From positions 1-64,000 of the forward strand of contig CAWJZV010000033.1 in assembly GCA_963847445.1 (NCBI GenBank): a DNA stretch of 64,000 nt, in the 5' to 3' direction. This DNA is from an uncultured delta proteobacterium. GTDB lineage: Bacteria; Desulfobacterota; Binatia; UBA9968. The notes under the pieces are model-generated. The model was not told the DNA's origin and did not search any database. It worked only from the letters and a program-made list of their open reading frames with translations. Position numbers and translations under genes: made by a program. Shown in pieces: positions 8,607-21,196 of this stretch. Position 1 is the stretch's first letter. Each line of letters opens with the position of its first letter.

Positions 8607-9603
8607 ATGAAGCAATCCTTATTCATCTCGCTACTACTGCTTTTCACGAACGTTGCCTTCGCCCAGGACGCCAAGCTCATCGAGGCGGCAAAGAAAGACG
8701 GCAAGCTGATCGTCTATGGCACCATGCAATCGGATATCTTCGAGCTGCTGCAAAAATCGTTTCACAAGAAAACCGGCATCGCCATCGACTACTGGCGCAC
8801 TTCGGCGACCAAAGTAATGGACCGCGCGCTCAGCGAAGCGCGCGCCGGCAAGGCGCTCTTCGATCTGGTCATGTCGACGGAAGACACGCACCGGATCATG
8901 CTCAAGGAAGGCATCCTGGCGAAATATGAATCGCCGATGATCAAAGACTTTCCCAAAGAAGCGATCGACCCGCAGTTGGGACCGCGGGCGCGCAATCACA
9001 TCGTCGGCGTCATGTACAACAAGAATGTCATCAAGCCCGCCGACGCGCCGAAAACTTTAGAAGATCTAGTCAAGCCGCAATACCGCGGCAAACTCGTCAT
9101 GGCCGACCCGACGCTGCACACCACGACAGCGCAGTGGCTGGCGAATCTTGCATAAACTTATGGGCAAAGACAAAGCGGATAAGTTCATCCGCGACCTGGC
9201 CGCGATGAAGCCGGTGCTGGTGGAATCCTTCGCTCCCTCCGCCGACCGCGTCACCACCGGCGAGACGCCCATCGGCATAACTTACGTTTATTATGTTTTC
9301 TTGAACGGCCAGAAAGGCGCGCCGGTCGACTACGTCCGCGGCGACTACCGGCTCTTGGGCGACGCCAGCTACATGTCGATCTTCCACAAGGCGCCCCATC
9401 CGAGCGCAGCCAAAGCTTTCATCGACTTTTTCCTCGACGACGAGAGCATGAACATCATGGCCAAGGCCGGCGAGTTCGTTAACCGCAAAGGCGTCTACCC
9501 GCCGGTGCCCGACGCCGACAAGATCAAGTTCGTCGAGATGGACGATCTCGGCGAGTCTTTCTACGCCGAGAAACGCAAAGAGTTCCAGAAGCTATTTCGC
9601 TAA
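8607..9603 (+). CDS. Fe3+/thiamine-type ABC substrate-binding protein (frameshift near 9150)
   Basis: LIEAAKKDGKLIVYG; KAPHPSAAKAFIDF; ORFs 8595-9155 and 9148-9603 join. Confidence 0.88.
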
Positions 9604-9608
9604 TATGT

Positions 9609-10644
9609 ATGATGATCCGACCCAGCACCCGATTACTCCAACACTCTAATTTCGTGTTCGTCTTCGTGCTCGTGCTCGTGACTTTGATTGCGAATGTCAG
9701 TGAATTACGCGCGCAAGCCCTGATCAAAGTCCCCTTCCCCTACTCGCCGATCAACGCCAACAGTTTGCCCTGGATGATCGCCAAAGACGCCAAGCTCTTC
9801 GAGAAACATGGCCTCGATGTCGACTTGGTCTACTTCGGCGCCTCATCGTTGATCCTTCAGACCATGCTCTCGGGCTCGGCCAACTACGCTGGCTTTGCCG
9901 GTCCGGCGATCATTTCCAACGTCCTCAAAGGCGGCGATGTCATCACCGTGGCGGCGTTGACGCCGATGAACATTCCGCTGATTACCAAAGCCTCGATCGA
10001 TAAGGCCGGAAGAACTGCGCGGCAAGAAGATCGGCATCAGCCGCTTGGGAACGGTGCCGCATTTCGCCATTCAATTGATTTTAGAACGTTTCACCATCAA
10101 AGACGCGACCATCCTTCAAATGGGCGGCCAGCCGGAAGCGGCAACTGCATTGCGCAAAGGTATCGTCGACGCCGCCATGGTGTCGGCGCCGACTTCGTTT
10201 CAGCTGGTTAAAGAAGGGTTTCGTGAACTGGTCGGCGCGCTGGAATACAACAGGCTCGGCATCAAGTTTGTTTCCCAAGGCGTTGCCGCGCGGCGCAGCT
10301 ACGCCGCCAAGAATCGCGACATGACCATCCGGCTGATCAAAGGCACCATGGAAGCGATTAAAGTCATGTCGACCCAGGATATTCTGGCGAAAAAGATTCT
10401 TGCCAAATACACCCGCCAAACCGACCCCGAATTGCTCGATCGTACCTACAAGCAAGCCCTGGAAATCGTCAACCGCGATCCGGCGACCCCGCGCGAAGCG
10501 CTCGCATCGACCGCCAGGCTGATGGCCGATCTCGGCCTTGCCGACCGCGCCGCGGTTACCAACACGCCGGTGGAATCGTTCTACGACAATAGTTATGTCG
10601 ACGAGATCAAACAGTCGGGCTTTTTGAAAGAGCTGTGGAGGTAG
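9609..10644 (+). CDS. NMT1/SsuA-type ABC substrate-binding protein (frameshift near 10005)
   Basis: LFEKHGLDVDLVY; ELRGKKIGISRLG; FYDNSYVDEIKQSGF. Confidence 0.88.
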
Positions 10645-10646
10645 CG

Positions 10647-11623
10647 ATGATGCAGCGCTGGCGCCTACTGCTGGGTGTTGTTTTAATATCGGTCCTATTC
10701 GCCGGATCGTTCGCGTTTGCCGCTGACGCTCCAGCGCGCACCAAGATCCGCATCGCCACCGCCGCGCCGTCGCTCAGCTACTTTCCGATCTACGCCGCGG
10801 TGCAGAAAGGCTTCTTTGCCCGGCGCGGCTTCGACGTCGAGATGATTCAAATGGCCGCTAGTTTAACCGCGGCGGCGCTGCTCAATCGCGCGGTGGACTA
10901 CACGATCATTCCCAGCACCATCGCCACCGCCGCCGCCCGCGGCGCAGCGGCGAAAGTCATCATGTTTGCCTCGGTGAAGCTGCAACATACCCTGGTGGTG
11001 CGCGCCGATATCAATGCGGTAACGGAATTGGCGGGAAGAAAATCGCCGGCAGCGGCTTCGGCAATCTGGTCGCCTATGAAATCCAGTTTCTCATCGAGCG
11101 CTACAAGCTCGGTCCCAAGACCACCATCATCAACGCGCCCTCCTCCATCGACCGCTTGATCGCCGTGCAGAAAGGCCTTGCCGAAGCCGCCATCATCGCC
11201 GCTCCGGCCGATATCAAAGGCGAAGAGATGGGGCTCAAGCGCTTGATTCAGATGGGCACGCTGCTGCAAATTCCCCAGGCCGGCCTCGCCGCCACCGACG
11301 AAAAAATCAAAACCAACCGCGGCGAAGTCATCGAAGTGCTCAAAGCCGCCATCGACGGTTTGGAATACACGGCGAATCAGCGGGAAGATGCCACCGCATT
11401 GATCGGCAAATGGATGGCGCTCACGCCAACTCAAGCAGCCAAAGCGTACGATAGCGTCAAAGACACCTACTCCCGCGACGGCGTGCCAACGCTCGAACAA
11501 AGTAAAGCCTACATCGCCATGCTCGCCGCCACCGCAGGCCTGAGCGCCGACCTGCCGGCGGCGACGATCTTCGATTTTTCGCTGTCCGCCGCCGCGGCCA
11601 AAGAACTGGCGGCAAAAAAATGA
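10647..11623 (+). CDS. NMT1/SsuA-type ABC substrate-binding protein (frameshift near 11040)
   Basis: Signal peptide; KGFFARRGFDVEMIQM; two ORFs join at an A-run. Confidence 0.85.
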
Positions 11624-11738
11624 TCTCGGGTAGGAGTAAAGGGACATTTACTCCTTACTCTAAATACGCCTCACTGTTCAGGAATTCCCCGCGGAATGTT
11701 ACGATGTTGAGATTCGCAGCAATTCCACGGAGACTTTC

Positions 11739-13021
11739 TTGTCCAAAGCATTCGGTCTCGACTTCGGCACTACCAACAGCGCTCTGGCCCTCGCCCACGC
11801 CGACCACGCCGTGGAGCTCGCGCGATTTGGCGCCGGCTCGACCTTTCGTTCGATCCTATATTTTGAGCAAGACGAGGCCTCGAAGAGCGGCAAGCTGCGC
11901 GTGGTCGCCGGGCCGGACGCGATCCAAGGCGTATTTGAATGCGCGCATGCCGGGACGGTTGATTCAATCGACCAAGTCTTATCTCGCCAGCCGGTTATTC
12001 AGCCGGACGCAGATATTCAATCAAACTTTTTCCCTGGAAGAATTGATCGGCACCTTGTTGCGCTATCTGCGCAAATCCGCCGAAGCCCAATTCGGCGATC
12101 TCGGCGGCAAGCTGGTGGTCGGCCGCCCGGTTCACTTCAGTGGCACGAAAGATCCAAAGGACGACGACTTCGCGGTTGCGCGCTTGCGCAAAGCGTTTGC
12201 CAACGCCGGCTTCGACGAGGTCCACTTCTTACCTGAGCCGGTCGCCGCCGCCTACAAGTACCGCCAGCAGCTCGACCATGACGAGCTCGTGCTGATCGCC
12301 GACTTCGGCGGCGGCACCAGCGATTTTTCCCTGGTCAAATTGCAGCCAGCGCAAGCTTCGACGAGCCGAATTGGCCGATCAAGTGATCGGCAACGATGGC
12401 GTCGGCATCGCCGGCGATACTTTTGACAGTAAACTTGTGCGCCATCTGGTGGCACCGATGTTGGGCTTGGGCAGCCAATACAAGACTGAGTTCGGCAAAG
12501 TCCTACCCGTGCCCAACTGGCTCTACGAGCATTTGGAACGCTGGCACTACCTGTCGTTTCTCAAGACCCGGAAAAACATGGAACTGCTCAAGCAGATTCG
12601 CTTCCAAGCCCTGGCGCCGGAAAAGCTCGACGCGCTGATCGAGCTGGTCGACCAGGATCTCGGCTACCGCCTGCACCAAGCGATCGAGGCGGTCAAATGC
12701 GGCTTATCGACACAGACGAGCAGCCGATTTCATTTCAAAGAAGCGGCCATCGATATCGAGAAATCCGTCGCACGCGGCGATTTCGAGCATTGGATCGGCG
12801 CCGAAGTGAGCGCGATCACAGCCTGTGTCGACAGACTGCTCGCCAATTGCAACGTCGCTGCCCATGAAATCGACGCGGTTTTCATGACTGGCGGCTCGTC
12901 GTTCGTACCGGCGATCCGAAGAATATTTGACAGCAAATTCCCCAAGGCCGCCATTCGCGCCGGCCAGGAGTTTACCTCGGTGGCCGAGGGGTTGGCGCTC
13001 CATGCCTTGGAGCATTCCTAA
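11739..13021 (+). CDS. yegD: Hsp70-family protein, YegD-like (frameshifts near 11930 and 12370)
   Basis: GLDFGTTNS, VVGRPVHF, EPVAAA, DFGGGTSD, TGGSS, SVAEGLA. Confidence 0.88.
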
Positions 13022-13317
13022 CCACCTTTGAAATTCTATGATCTTTGCTCGCCACCGAATCGGCGCCGCGCCGCAAGTCGCAACCGCTGCGAAGCGGAAT
13101 GGCAGCCCACGCGTTGACACGCCGAATCGCGATCGGCTACTGTCGATGCCAATGCAGCTCACAATTGGAGATCCGATGACGCGACTCAACCGCCGCCCAA
13201 GACCGACAAGTATGTCGACATGAGCTATCTCGCCGAAGCGCGCCGAACATTACAATAAAGTTCTGCGTGACCAGCGTTGGCGAACTCCCGATATCGATCA
13301 CCAGATTCCCAGATTCA

Positions 13318-15227
13318 ATGATTAATCCCTCACGCGCGCTTCGCGTCACCGTTTGCGCTCTGCTTGCACTCCAGTTTGTCCTGCCGCCGCAGACTCACGC
13401 ACAGGCAGCGTCAAAAGCCATTGTCATGGCCTGGGACGGCACCGTGCCGTCATTCGTGAAAGAATTAATCCGCGAAGGTAAATTGCCCAACCTCGCCAAG
13501 CTCATCGCCGGCGGCAGCTTTGCCGACGATGTCATGGCCGGATATCCATCGAAGACCGCGCCGGGTTTCGCCTCGCTCATGACCGGTGCGCCGCCGCGGG
13601 TCACCGGCATCAGCGGCAATCGCGTGCCGCGCGCGCCGCGCGACCAGTTTACGATTCTCGATAGTCTCGCCGGCTTCGCCGGCGCGCCGCTGCGCGCCGA
13701 GCCGATCTGGGCCACCGCCCAGCGCGGCGGCAAGAAGTCGGTGGTTTCGCATATTCCGTCCTTCGCCGAGGAGAGGGCCGAGGACGTCGTACGATTCTCC
13801 GGCTACAATCTGATCGCCGGACGCGACGGTATCGTCACCCGGCGCGCGGTTAAGAGCGAGAGCAGCACACCTTGGCAAGATCCGCCGGCGAGCGACGCGC
13901 CGCCCATCGAATTTGAATTTACCGTCGGCGAATCCCAGCTTATCGGCCTGCTGATCGACGATCCCGCCGACCCTCAAGATCGGTTACGACACCGCCGTGA
14001 TCGCCGCCAGCCGCGATAACCGCGAGATCAAAACCAGACTGAAGCCGGCGCCGCCAAGCCCCGGCAGCGAACTTTTCTGGTCCAGCCCCATCGCGGTCAA
14101 AGGCACGGGCAGCGTTGACGCGAGAGTTTATTTGCGTCTGTTCGATCTCAAAGCGGACGGCAGCGACTTTTTTCTCTACTACACCCGGCCGAGCCGCGAT
14201 CTTGAGTTTAAAAAAGACAGCCGAGACCAGCGCCACCGTGCGCACCTTCATCGGCAACGGCGCCAGCATCCTCTATCAAAACGGCGCCCTCGGCCGGACC
14301 ATCGCCAACGGCGGCAGCGGCGGCGCCGAGGCGCGCTATCTGGAGACCATCATGTTCGCGCAGCACCAGTTGATGGAAACCAACCGCTGGGCGATTGAGA
14401 ATTTACCCTGGGATCTGTTTCTCGCCTACACGCCGTTCCCCGACGAGGCCGAGCATGCCTGGCGCGGCCATCTCGACACCACGCTGCCGACCTATCGTCC
14501 GGAGATCGCCGACAAGCTCCGGCCTTTTCTCGAACAGGTCTACCGCTCCAGCGACGAGCATCTTGGCCTGTTGTTATCCAAGCGGCCTGACGACGCCTTA
14601 TTTGCGTTCATCTCCGACCATGGCGTCCAAGGCATCCACAAGCGCGTCGCGCTCAATCTTTGGCTGCAACAAAACGGCTTTCTCGCGCTCGACGGACAGA
14701 ACCGCGTCGATCTCACGAAAACCAAAGTGCTCTACCCGGCGGTCAACAACGGCTACTTGCTGGTTAACTCGAACGACCGCAAGGGCGGCATCGTCCGCAG
14801 CGACGAACGGAATGAGCTAATCCGCAAGTTGCGCGAATCTCTAAACTCGTTGCGCGACGGTGATCTTCAAGTGATCGTGTCGATCATCGATGCGGAAACC
14901 GAAGGAGAAACAAAAGGCATCGGTGGCGAGGTCGGCGGCGATCTTTACATCGAACTAGCCGCCGGCTATGACTTCGACCCGCGCCTGAGCGGCGGTCAAG
15001 TAATCGCCAATACCGAGCCCTACGGCAACCATGGCGCCAATCACGAGCAGCCATCCATGCGCACACTTATGGTGCTTAACGGTCCCGGCATTCGCGCCGG
15101 ACAGAAACTTTCCAACGTGCGGATTATCGACTTCGCTCCCACCCTCGCCTGGCTGCTCGGTCTGTCCCAGCCCAAAGACGCCACGGGAAAAGTGCTTTAC
15201 GAAGCCTTCACCGAACCGCGGCACTGA
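13318..15227 (+). CDS. Alkaline phosphatase superfamily / type I phosphodiesterase (frameshifts near 13980 and 14220)
   Basis: AWDG, PSKTAPG..TG, DEAEH, SDHG, GNHG, DFAPTL. Confidence 0.88.
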
Positions 15228-15239
15228 AAGGAATAGGAG

Positions 15240-15580
15240 CTAGCCGCACAGGGGCGAGCGCGGCAGAGCGGCAACGAGTCGAAAGAGATACCATCGGCCG
15301 CAAAGAACGCAAGGGTTCGGGCAGATTCGGGAATTCAAACTCGATCTTCGTACTGCTGTGGTTTGAAACCCGGCTGCAAAATCTCGGGGAGATCTGGCAG
15401 CATCGGAAGAGGGACCGACTCTCGCGCAAGCTGCGCACAACACTCGAAGTTCTAAAGGATAAAATGGATTCCAACGGTCTGGGATAATCTTAATCTCCGA
15501 CCATTGCGAGCTTAGCGCCTTTGCGGGAGATATTCCGAGTTTCGGTTGCGGCTGTGCCGCGCTAGGTCCTTCGTGGTGAA
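15240..15580. repeat. Composite intergenic repeat cluster
   Basis: Contains ggttgcggctgtgccgcgc, cttcgtggtgaa and a segment resembling 53176-53205. Confidence 0.6.
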
Positions 15581-15648
15581 AACTGTTCTCGTCGAATTAC
15601 TGATATGCACCAACAAACTCAGCTGATCTATCGGAAGGAGTTGCGCTC

Positions 15649-16939
15649 ATGACCGTTAAATCATCCTGGGAACCGCCGGCGGTAGTTTCCTTCGACGAAG
15701 TTCTCAAACTCAACGACGAAGTCACGGCCAAAGCCGATGCCGCCCATCGACATCAGCGAAGATATTTTTCGCATTCATGAACTGGCCATGGACTGGGACA
15801 TCGGCGTGGTGCGCTACGAGCCGAGTGACAAGAGCCGCATCCCCACCGGACCCGATGGCAAGAAGGTCGGCATCTTCCTCCTCCACGGCGGCGTTTCCGA
15901 CTTCAAATCGGTGCAACGGATCGCCAAACTTTTACCGGAGAAGTTCGGCATCCCGGTGGCGACCATGACGTTTCCCGGCCGGTTTTACTTCCTTGACGCC
16001 AACCGTGACTGGCCCGGCGATGTCGAGAATACCGATGGTTCAGCACGCACGCCGCTGTGGACCAAGGAAACCAAGATCACCAAAGATCAGTACACCACGG
16101 TCCAAGACACGTCGAAACGTGAAGACTACGGCACGCTGGTTTCGCTGTCAGCAAAAGAAGGCACGGAGTTTTACCATCGCATGGCCGCCTGGCCGGTGGC
16201 GTTCGAGCAAGCGGTCATAGAATCCGCGCGCCGGCAATTTCCCGCGGGCGAATACTCGATCTATATTCACGGCCACTCCACCGGCGGCCCGTTCGCCATG
16301 ATGGCCTCCCAGCGCGTGCCCAATATCGCCGGCCTGCTCGGCTGGGGCAGTTCGCCCTTCGGCTGGATGTATCCGATAGTCAGCGGCGACGACTGGAGTT
16401 TTCCGTTCAACCAATTGCGCCTGCGCACTTGGCGCGACACCGCGCGTTACATGTACGAGGGCATGAAGAACCAAGACATCGGCCTGCCGATGCTGATCGA
16501 GCTAACATTCGAACGCTGGGAGAGCGCCAAGAAGCGGCCCAACTTCAAAGCCGAAGACTTTATTCACAAGAATTCGACCCAGGCCCTCGAAGCCGCCGCC
16601 CGGGCCGCCGCAACTCGGCTCAAACTATCGCACCAAGACACCGCCGCCCTGGTCCAGCGTTATCTCGGCTACACCAGGGAACTGTCGGGCCCCGGCGTCA
16701 AACCGGTGCCGAACTTTCTGTCGATCCACGGCATCAACGACGACACCGTCACGCTCAAACGCTGCGAACGTTCACTGCCGCTGTTCGCCAATTTGAATCC
16801 CGCACCCAAAGTCCGCGCCGTCTCCCTCGGCGCCGGCGTTCACTCCTGGGGCTGGAGCGACGATAAGCTCCCGCAGGGCATCGTGCCGCCAGTGGCCAAG
16901 CTCTGGCACGACGCGATCATGAATGGATTCTTCCTCTAG
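15649..16939 (+). CDS. Alpha/beta-hydrolase-fold protein (frameshift near 15735)
   Basis: AAGGAG RBS before ATG 15649; LHGG, GHSTGG nucleophile motif, HGINDD, GVH. Confidence 0.8.
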
Positions 16940-16978
16940 TAGACGATCGAGATTCAAGCGAGGATACAAAGATGCTTT

Positions 16979-17057
16979 CACCACGAAGGCACGAAGAGCA
17001 CGAAGTTCGGAATAATAGATTATCCGAACCCTTCGTGTCCTTCGTGACTTCGTGGTG
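16979..17057. repeat. CACCACGAAG-family tandem-unit hairpin (others at 30917-30992, 32110-32169, 33590-33720, 53094-53433, 57918-57990)
   Basis: (CACGAAG)x3, spacer, (CTTCGTG)x3 inverted. Confidence 0.9.
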
Positions 17058-17134
17058 AGACTGAATTAGTCGTCGACATTTTGAACGCGCTTGACCGATT
17101 TGAACGGTTTGAACAAATTCATTAGGCTTGATCC

Positions 17135-17671
17135 ATGCCAGACACCAATCATCTGATACTCACCGCCGTCGGCCCGGACCGGGTCGGTCTCGTGGAAAAG
17201 ATCGCCGCGTTCATCGCCCGCCATGATTGCAACATCGAGGACAGTAAGATGGCGGTATTCTGCGGCGAGTTCGCCGTCATCGTCTTGATCACCGGCGACG
17301 GCAATAAGCTGGTAAAAATCGGCCGCGATTATCGCGAGATCGAAAGCGAAACCGGCTTGACCATTTCGATCAAGACGCCGGCAATGCGCAGCACCGCCGA
17401 GTCGTTTCTGCCCTACAAACTCACCGCCTCGTGCATGGACCATCCGGGCATCGTTTATCAGATTAGTAACGTGCTGAGCGGCATGGGCGTGAATATCGAA
17501 TCGATGGAAACCAAAACCTACGCCGCGCCGATCAGCGGCACTCCGATCTTCCAACTTGAAGCCGACCTGGCCGTACCGACGCGAACCAACATCGCCGAGC
17601 TGCGCGAGCGTTTCGGCGAGATCCAGCGGCAGGAGAATATCGATATCGATCTGACGGCGGCGAAAAATTAA
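17135..17671 (+). CDS. gcvR: Tandem ACT-domain protein, GcvR-like
   Basis: GPDRVGLV...CNIEDSKM; MDHPGIV...GVNIESM. Confidence 0.85.
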   Translation: MPDTNHLILTAVGPDRVGLVEKIAAFIARHDCNIEDSKMAVFCGEFAVIVLITGDGNKLVKIGRDYREIESETGLTISIKTPAMRSTAESFLPYKLTASCMDHPGIVYQISNVLSGMGVNIESMETKTYAAPISGTPIFQLEADLAVPTRTNIAELRERFGEIQRQENIDIDLTAAKN

Positions 17672-17679
17672 TAAAAGCC

Positions 17680-17781
17680 AGTTCCAATTGTTCCAAACGT
17701 TCCAGTGGTTCCAAACGGTTCGGAAAGCCGCAGATCGTTCGGCGTGTTGGAACGGTTGGAACCACTGGAACCGTTGGAACT
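17680..17781. repeat. GTTCCA/GTTCAA-family tandem-unit hairpin (others at 17080-17114, 35010-35090, 36787-36828, 39742-39780, 51919-51989, 55975-56083)
   Basis: 9-bp periodic GTTCCA units followed by inverted TGGAAC units. Confidence 0.9.
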
Positions 17782-17802
17782 ATCCGGCGTACGGCTACCG
17801 CC

Positions 17803-19125
17803 TCAAGACGTCTTCTGCTTTCTACCCAGCCACAGGCTGTTGACCAGCCAAACAATTGAAATCGGCACGGCGACTAGCGAAACCCCGGTCATCGCCAAAC
17901 CGAGCGCGCCCAAGCCGGCATAGGACCAGGCGCCCACCTGATCGCCCAAGCGATACACCACGGTATCGATGAAGCTCTTGGCCTTGTACTTATCCTCACG
18001 CGGCACGACGGTGAACAGCACCTCGCGGGTCGGCCGGGCGAAGGCGAAATTGCCGGCGCGGCGGATCACTTGAAAAGCCACCAGCGCCGCGATGGTCGGC
18101 GCCCAAGCCAGGGTGCCGAAACCGAAGACGCTGAGCAACGGCAGCAACGCTAAGGTAAGCGCTACACCGATGCGTTTGATGGTTCTCGCGGTAACGAACA
18201 ACTGCGCCCCGAGAGTTAGAATATTTACCCAAAGATCGACACTGGCAAAAAACGCCGTGCGCGCGCCGCGGTCGGCGAAATATTTCCTGGCGATCTCGGC
18301 TTGCTGGAAATAAAGAAACGTCGAGGTGATCGCGAAGAGCAAAAGAAAAACACTGACGTTGATCAGATAGGGCGACTTGAGCGCGTGAGACAGGCCGCTC
18401 AGAACCGAACCGCCGATGAGCGACTCGTCGCTTTGACCGGCGGGCCGCTGGCTCACCGCCGAAGACAAGCGCGACAAACGACCAACGCAGAAGACCGCGA
18501 CTTCCAGCAATACGGCGGAGCCAAACAAAAGATATGTCGCCGGCACCTGCTTGGCGAGGGCCGCGGTTAAGCTCGAACCAATAATACCGCCGAGGGTCGC
18601 GCCGGCGGCGATGAAGCCGAACAGCCGCTTGCTCTGCTCGGTGTCGAACACGTCGACCATCAGCGCCCAAAAAACCGAGACGACAAAGAGATTAAACATC
18701 GACGCCCAGATAAAGAACACTCGGCCGATCCAGATATTCTGTTCCCCCGACGCCATCTGAAGCAACACGATGAAGATCAAAAGATTGGCCGCGAAGAAGC
18801 GATAGGTAATCGCTATGAATTTGACCCGCGGCAGTTTCGCCACCAGCGCGGCGAAAGGCGGATTGACAGCGATCATGCCGATCAGCGTACCAGTGAAAAG
18901 CCATTGGAGATTTTCCACCCCGCCGGCCACGCCCATCTCGTCACGGATCGGCCGGAGAATATAATAGGAGACGAAAACTGAAATAATATAAAGCCATGAC
19001 CAGCCGAGGGCGCGCAACTCAGCCGGCCGGACATCGATCACCCGCGATAGAAGCCGATGCACAGCGCCATTACTCGTCGATGCGCCCGAATCCGTCACTC
19101 CTCGCCCCTCACCACTCGCTCCCAA
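17803..19125 (-). CDS. Npt/AAA-like (ATP:ADP antiporter family) MFS transporter
   Basis: YYILRPIRDEMG, FNLFVVSVFW, KRLFGFI, KYKAKSFIDTVVYR.GD; start may be GTG near 19098. Confidence 0.88.
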   Translation of the reverse strand: MGASGEGRGVTDSGASTSNGAVHRLLSRVIDVRPAELRALGWSWLYIISVFVSYYILRPIRDEMGVAGGVENLQWLFTGTLIGMIAVNPPFAALVAKLPRVKFIAITYRFFAANLLIFIVLLQMASGEQNIWIGRVFFIWASMFNLFVVSVFWALMVDVFDTEQSKRLFGFIAAGATLGGIIGSSLTAALAKQVPATYLLFGSAVLLEVAVFCVGRLSRLSSAVSQRPAGQSDESLIGGSVLSGLSHALKSPYLINVSVFLLLFAITSTFLYFQQAEIARKYFADRGARTAFFASVDLWVNILTLGAQLFVTARTIKRIGVALTLALLPLLSVFGFGTLAWAPTIAALVAFQVIRRAGNFAFARPTREVLFTVVPREDKYKAKSFIDTVVYRLGDQVGAWSYAGLGALGLAMTGVSLVAVPISIVWLVNSLWLGRKQKTS

Positions 19126-19131
19126 CTTCCC

Positions 19132-20059
19132 CTAAACGTTATCGATGAACTGTTCCATGCGTTTGCGCATGGCCGCGTCCGGCAGGCGACCGCGCGCCGC
19201 GCCGAGATTGTCGACGACATACTCGGCGCGCGCCATGCCGGGCACGGCGCAGGTGATGGCGGGATGCGAGACGATATATTTCAAAAAGAACTGGGCCCAG
19301 GTCGCGCAGTCGAACTCGCCCGTCCACTCCGGCAATTTCTTGCCTTGCACGGCTTTGAACAGACCGGCCGCGGCCGAAGGGTAAGTTGATCATCACGCCC
19401 ATGCCGCGGTCGGGCGCCAGCGGAATGATCCGCTCGCCGGCATCGCGGTTGTCGAGAGCGTAATCGACCTGAATGAAATCAAGGGTTTCTTTCTTCATCA
19501 CCTGCTCGAATTCGCCGTATTGGTTATCGAACGACGTGGTGATGCCGACGTAGCGAATCCGCCCCGCCGCTTTCATCTCGCGCAGGGTTTTCAACTGCAC
19601 GTCGGTGTCGCGCAGATTATGCACGGCGAGCAAATCGATCCGGTTAGTGCGCAGTTTCTTGAACGACTCTTCGATTTGTTTGATACCCTCATCGCGGCCG
19701 ACGTTGCGCAGGCTCACCTTGGTGGCGAGAAACAGCGAGTCGCGGACTTTCAGACCATCGACCAATTCGCCGACGACGGCTTCCGCCGTGCCATAGGATG
19801 GCGAGCTGTCGATCACCTTCCCGCCCAGCGCTTGGAACTGGCGGATGGTTTCGCGCAGCGGCACTTTCTCGCTGTCGTTTTTAACATCTTCATAACGGCG
19901 CGCGGTACCGATGCCGATAATCGGCATCGCCTCGCCCGACGACGGGATCTTTTTCTGAATCAGCGGTTGGCTCTGCGCCGCCAGATACTCCGGCCGAAGT
20001 AGCAGCGAAGCGCCTAAGCCCAATCCAGCTTTGATGACGTTCCGACGACTTAAGTCCAT
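19132..20059 (-). CDS. Aldo/keto reductase with Tat-like signal (frameshift near 19370)
   Basis: SRRNVIK; IDSSPSYG, LATKV, DLLAVHNL, FLKYIVSHPAITC. Confidence 0.9.
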
Positions 20060-20211
20060 AGCTTCTCCTTATCACTCGACAGCATGATGTAGCACCAGTC
20101 GTCAGACCCCGCAAGACAATGGCGCGCTGTTGGCGCTCAGGTTTTTTCTCTTGTGCTTGCCATCCGCCGGCATTACGATGCGCTCACTTCGCCATCGAGG
20201 AGATTGATTCA

Positions 20212-21195
20212 ATGACAGCCATTAAATCGCTCGCCAGGTTTCGTGTTTGGTATGACCTTGTTGGTGGAATCCCAGCCGGTTATGAGTCAAACCCTCGACA
20301 AGATTCGCTTGGGTTATAGCGGCACGGGCATCAACAACTACGTTCTCGATATGGGCAAACGCACCGGCATCTTCAAAAAGAACGGCCTCGATATCGAAGT
20401 CGTTTACGTCAACAGCGGTTCGCTGCTCAGCCAGGCGCTTATCGCCGGCACCTTCGATGTATCCTTTTCGCAAGGCTCGGAGGCGATGGTGGCGAAGATA
20501 CGCGGCGCCGACGTGCGCATCGCCGCCGTGGTCGCCAACCGCTTCAACCATGTCTATCTCGCCGCGCCGTCGATCACCTCGATCAAGCAACTGAAAGGCA
20601 AAAAGGTCGCGGTCAGCCGCTTCGGTTCCGGCTCCCACTTCCAGACCAACTTGGCGCTCAAAGAAGGCGGCCTCGATCCGGAAAAAGATGTCACCGTTCT
20701 GCAGATCGGCAACTCCGGCGCGCGCATCACGGCGATCCTGAGCGGCGTCGTCGACGGCACGATCATGGCGGCCGACTTCGTGCCGCGGGCCAAACGCGAA
20801 GGTTTCAACGTCCTCGCCGATCTCGCCGACACCAAGATCGAATACCCGTTCTTGTCGCTCAACTTCATCGGCAGCTATCTCGATCGTAACCAGAAGACTG
20901 GTCAAGGCGCTGATCAAAAGCATGTCCGAATCGATCCGCGCGCTGCAGAGCGACGCGACCACGGCGAAGAGCCGTGATCCGTTCGGCGCTGCGCACGGAC
21001 GATGTCGAGACGGTCGACTACGCCCTCGCGCGTAGCGTCCAGGTGCTGGACCGCCGGCCGTTTCCAACGCCGGGCGGCATCCAGACGGTGCTCGACGAAC
21101 TGGGCAAAGATGCCAAAACCAAAGCGTGGAAGTTCGACGACTTCGTCGATCTGCGCGCGCTGCGGGAACTGGAGAAGGAAGGATTTTTTAAATAG
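20212..21195 (+). CDS. NMT1/SsuA-type ABC substrate-binding protein (frameshifts near 20240 and 20900)
   Basis: GAGGAG RBS; IFKKNGLDIEVV; LKGKKVAVSRFGSG; FVDLRALRELEKEGF. Confidence 0.87.
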
Positions 21196-21196
21196 C

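Noticed and set aside
16979-17781. CRISPR arrays in the periodic intergenic repeats
   Set aside because: Units are 7-9 bp, degenerate and inverted into hairpins; there are no unique spacers or cas genes.
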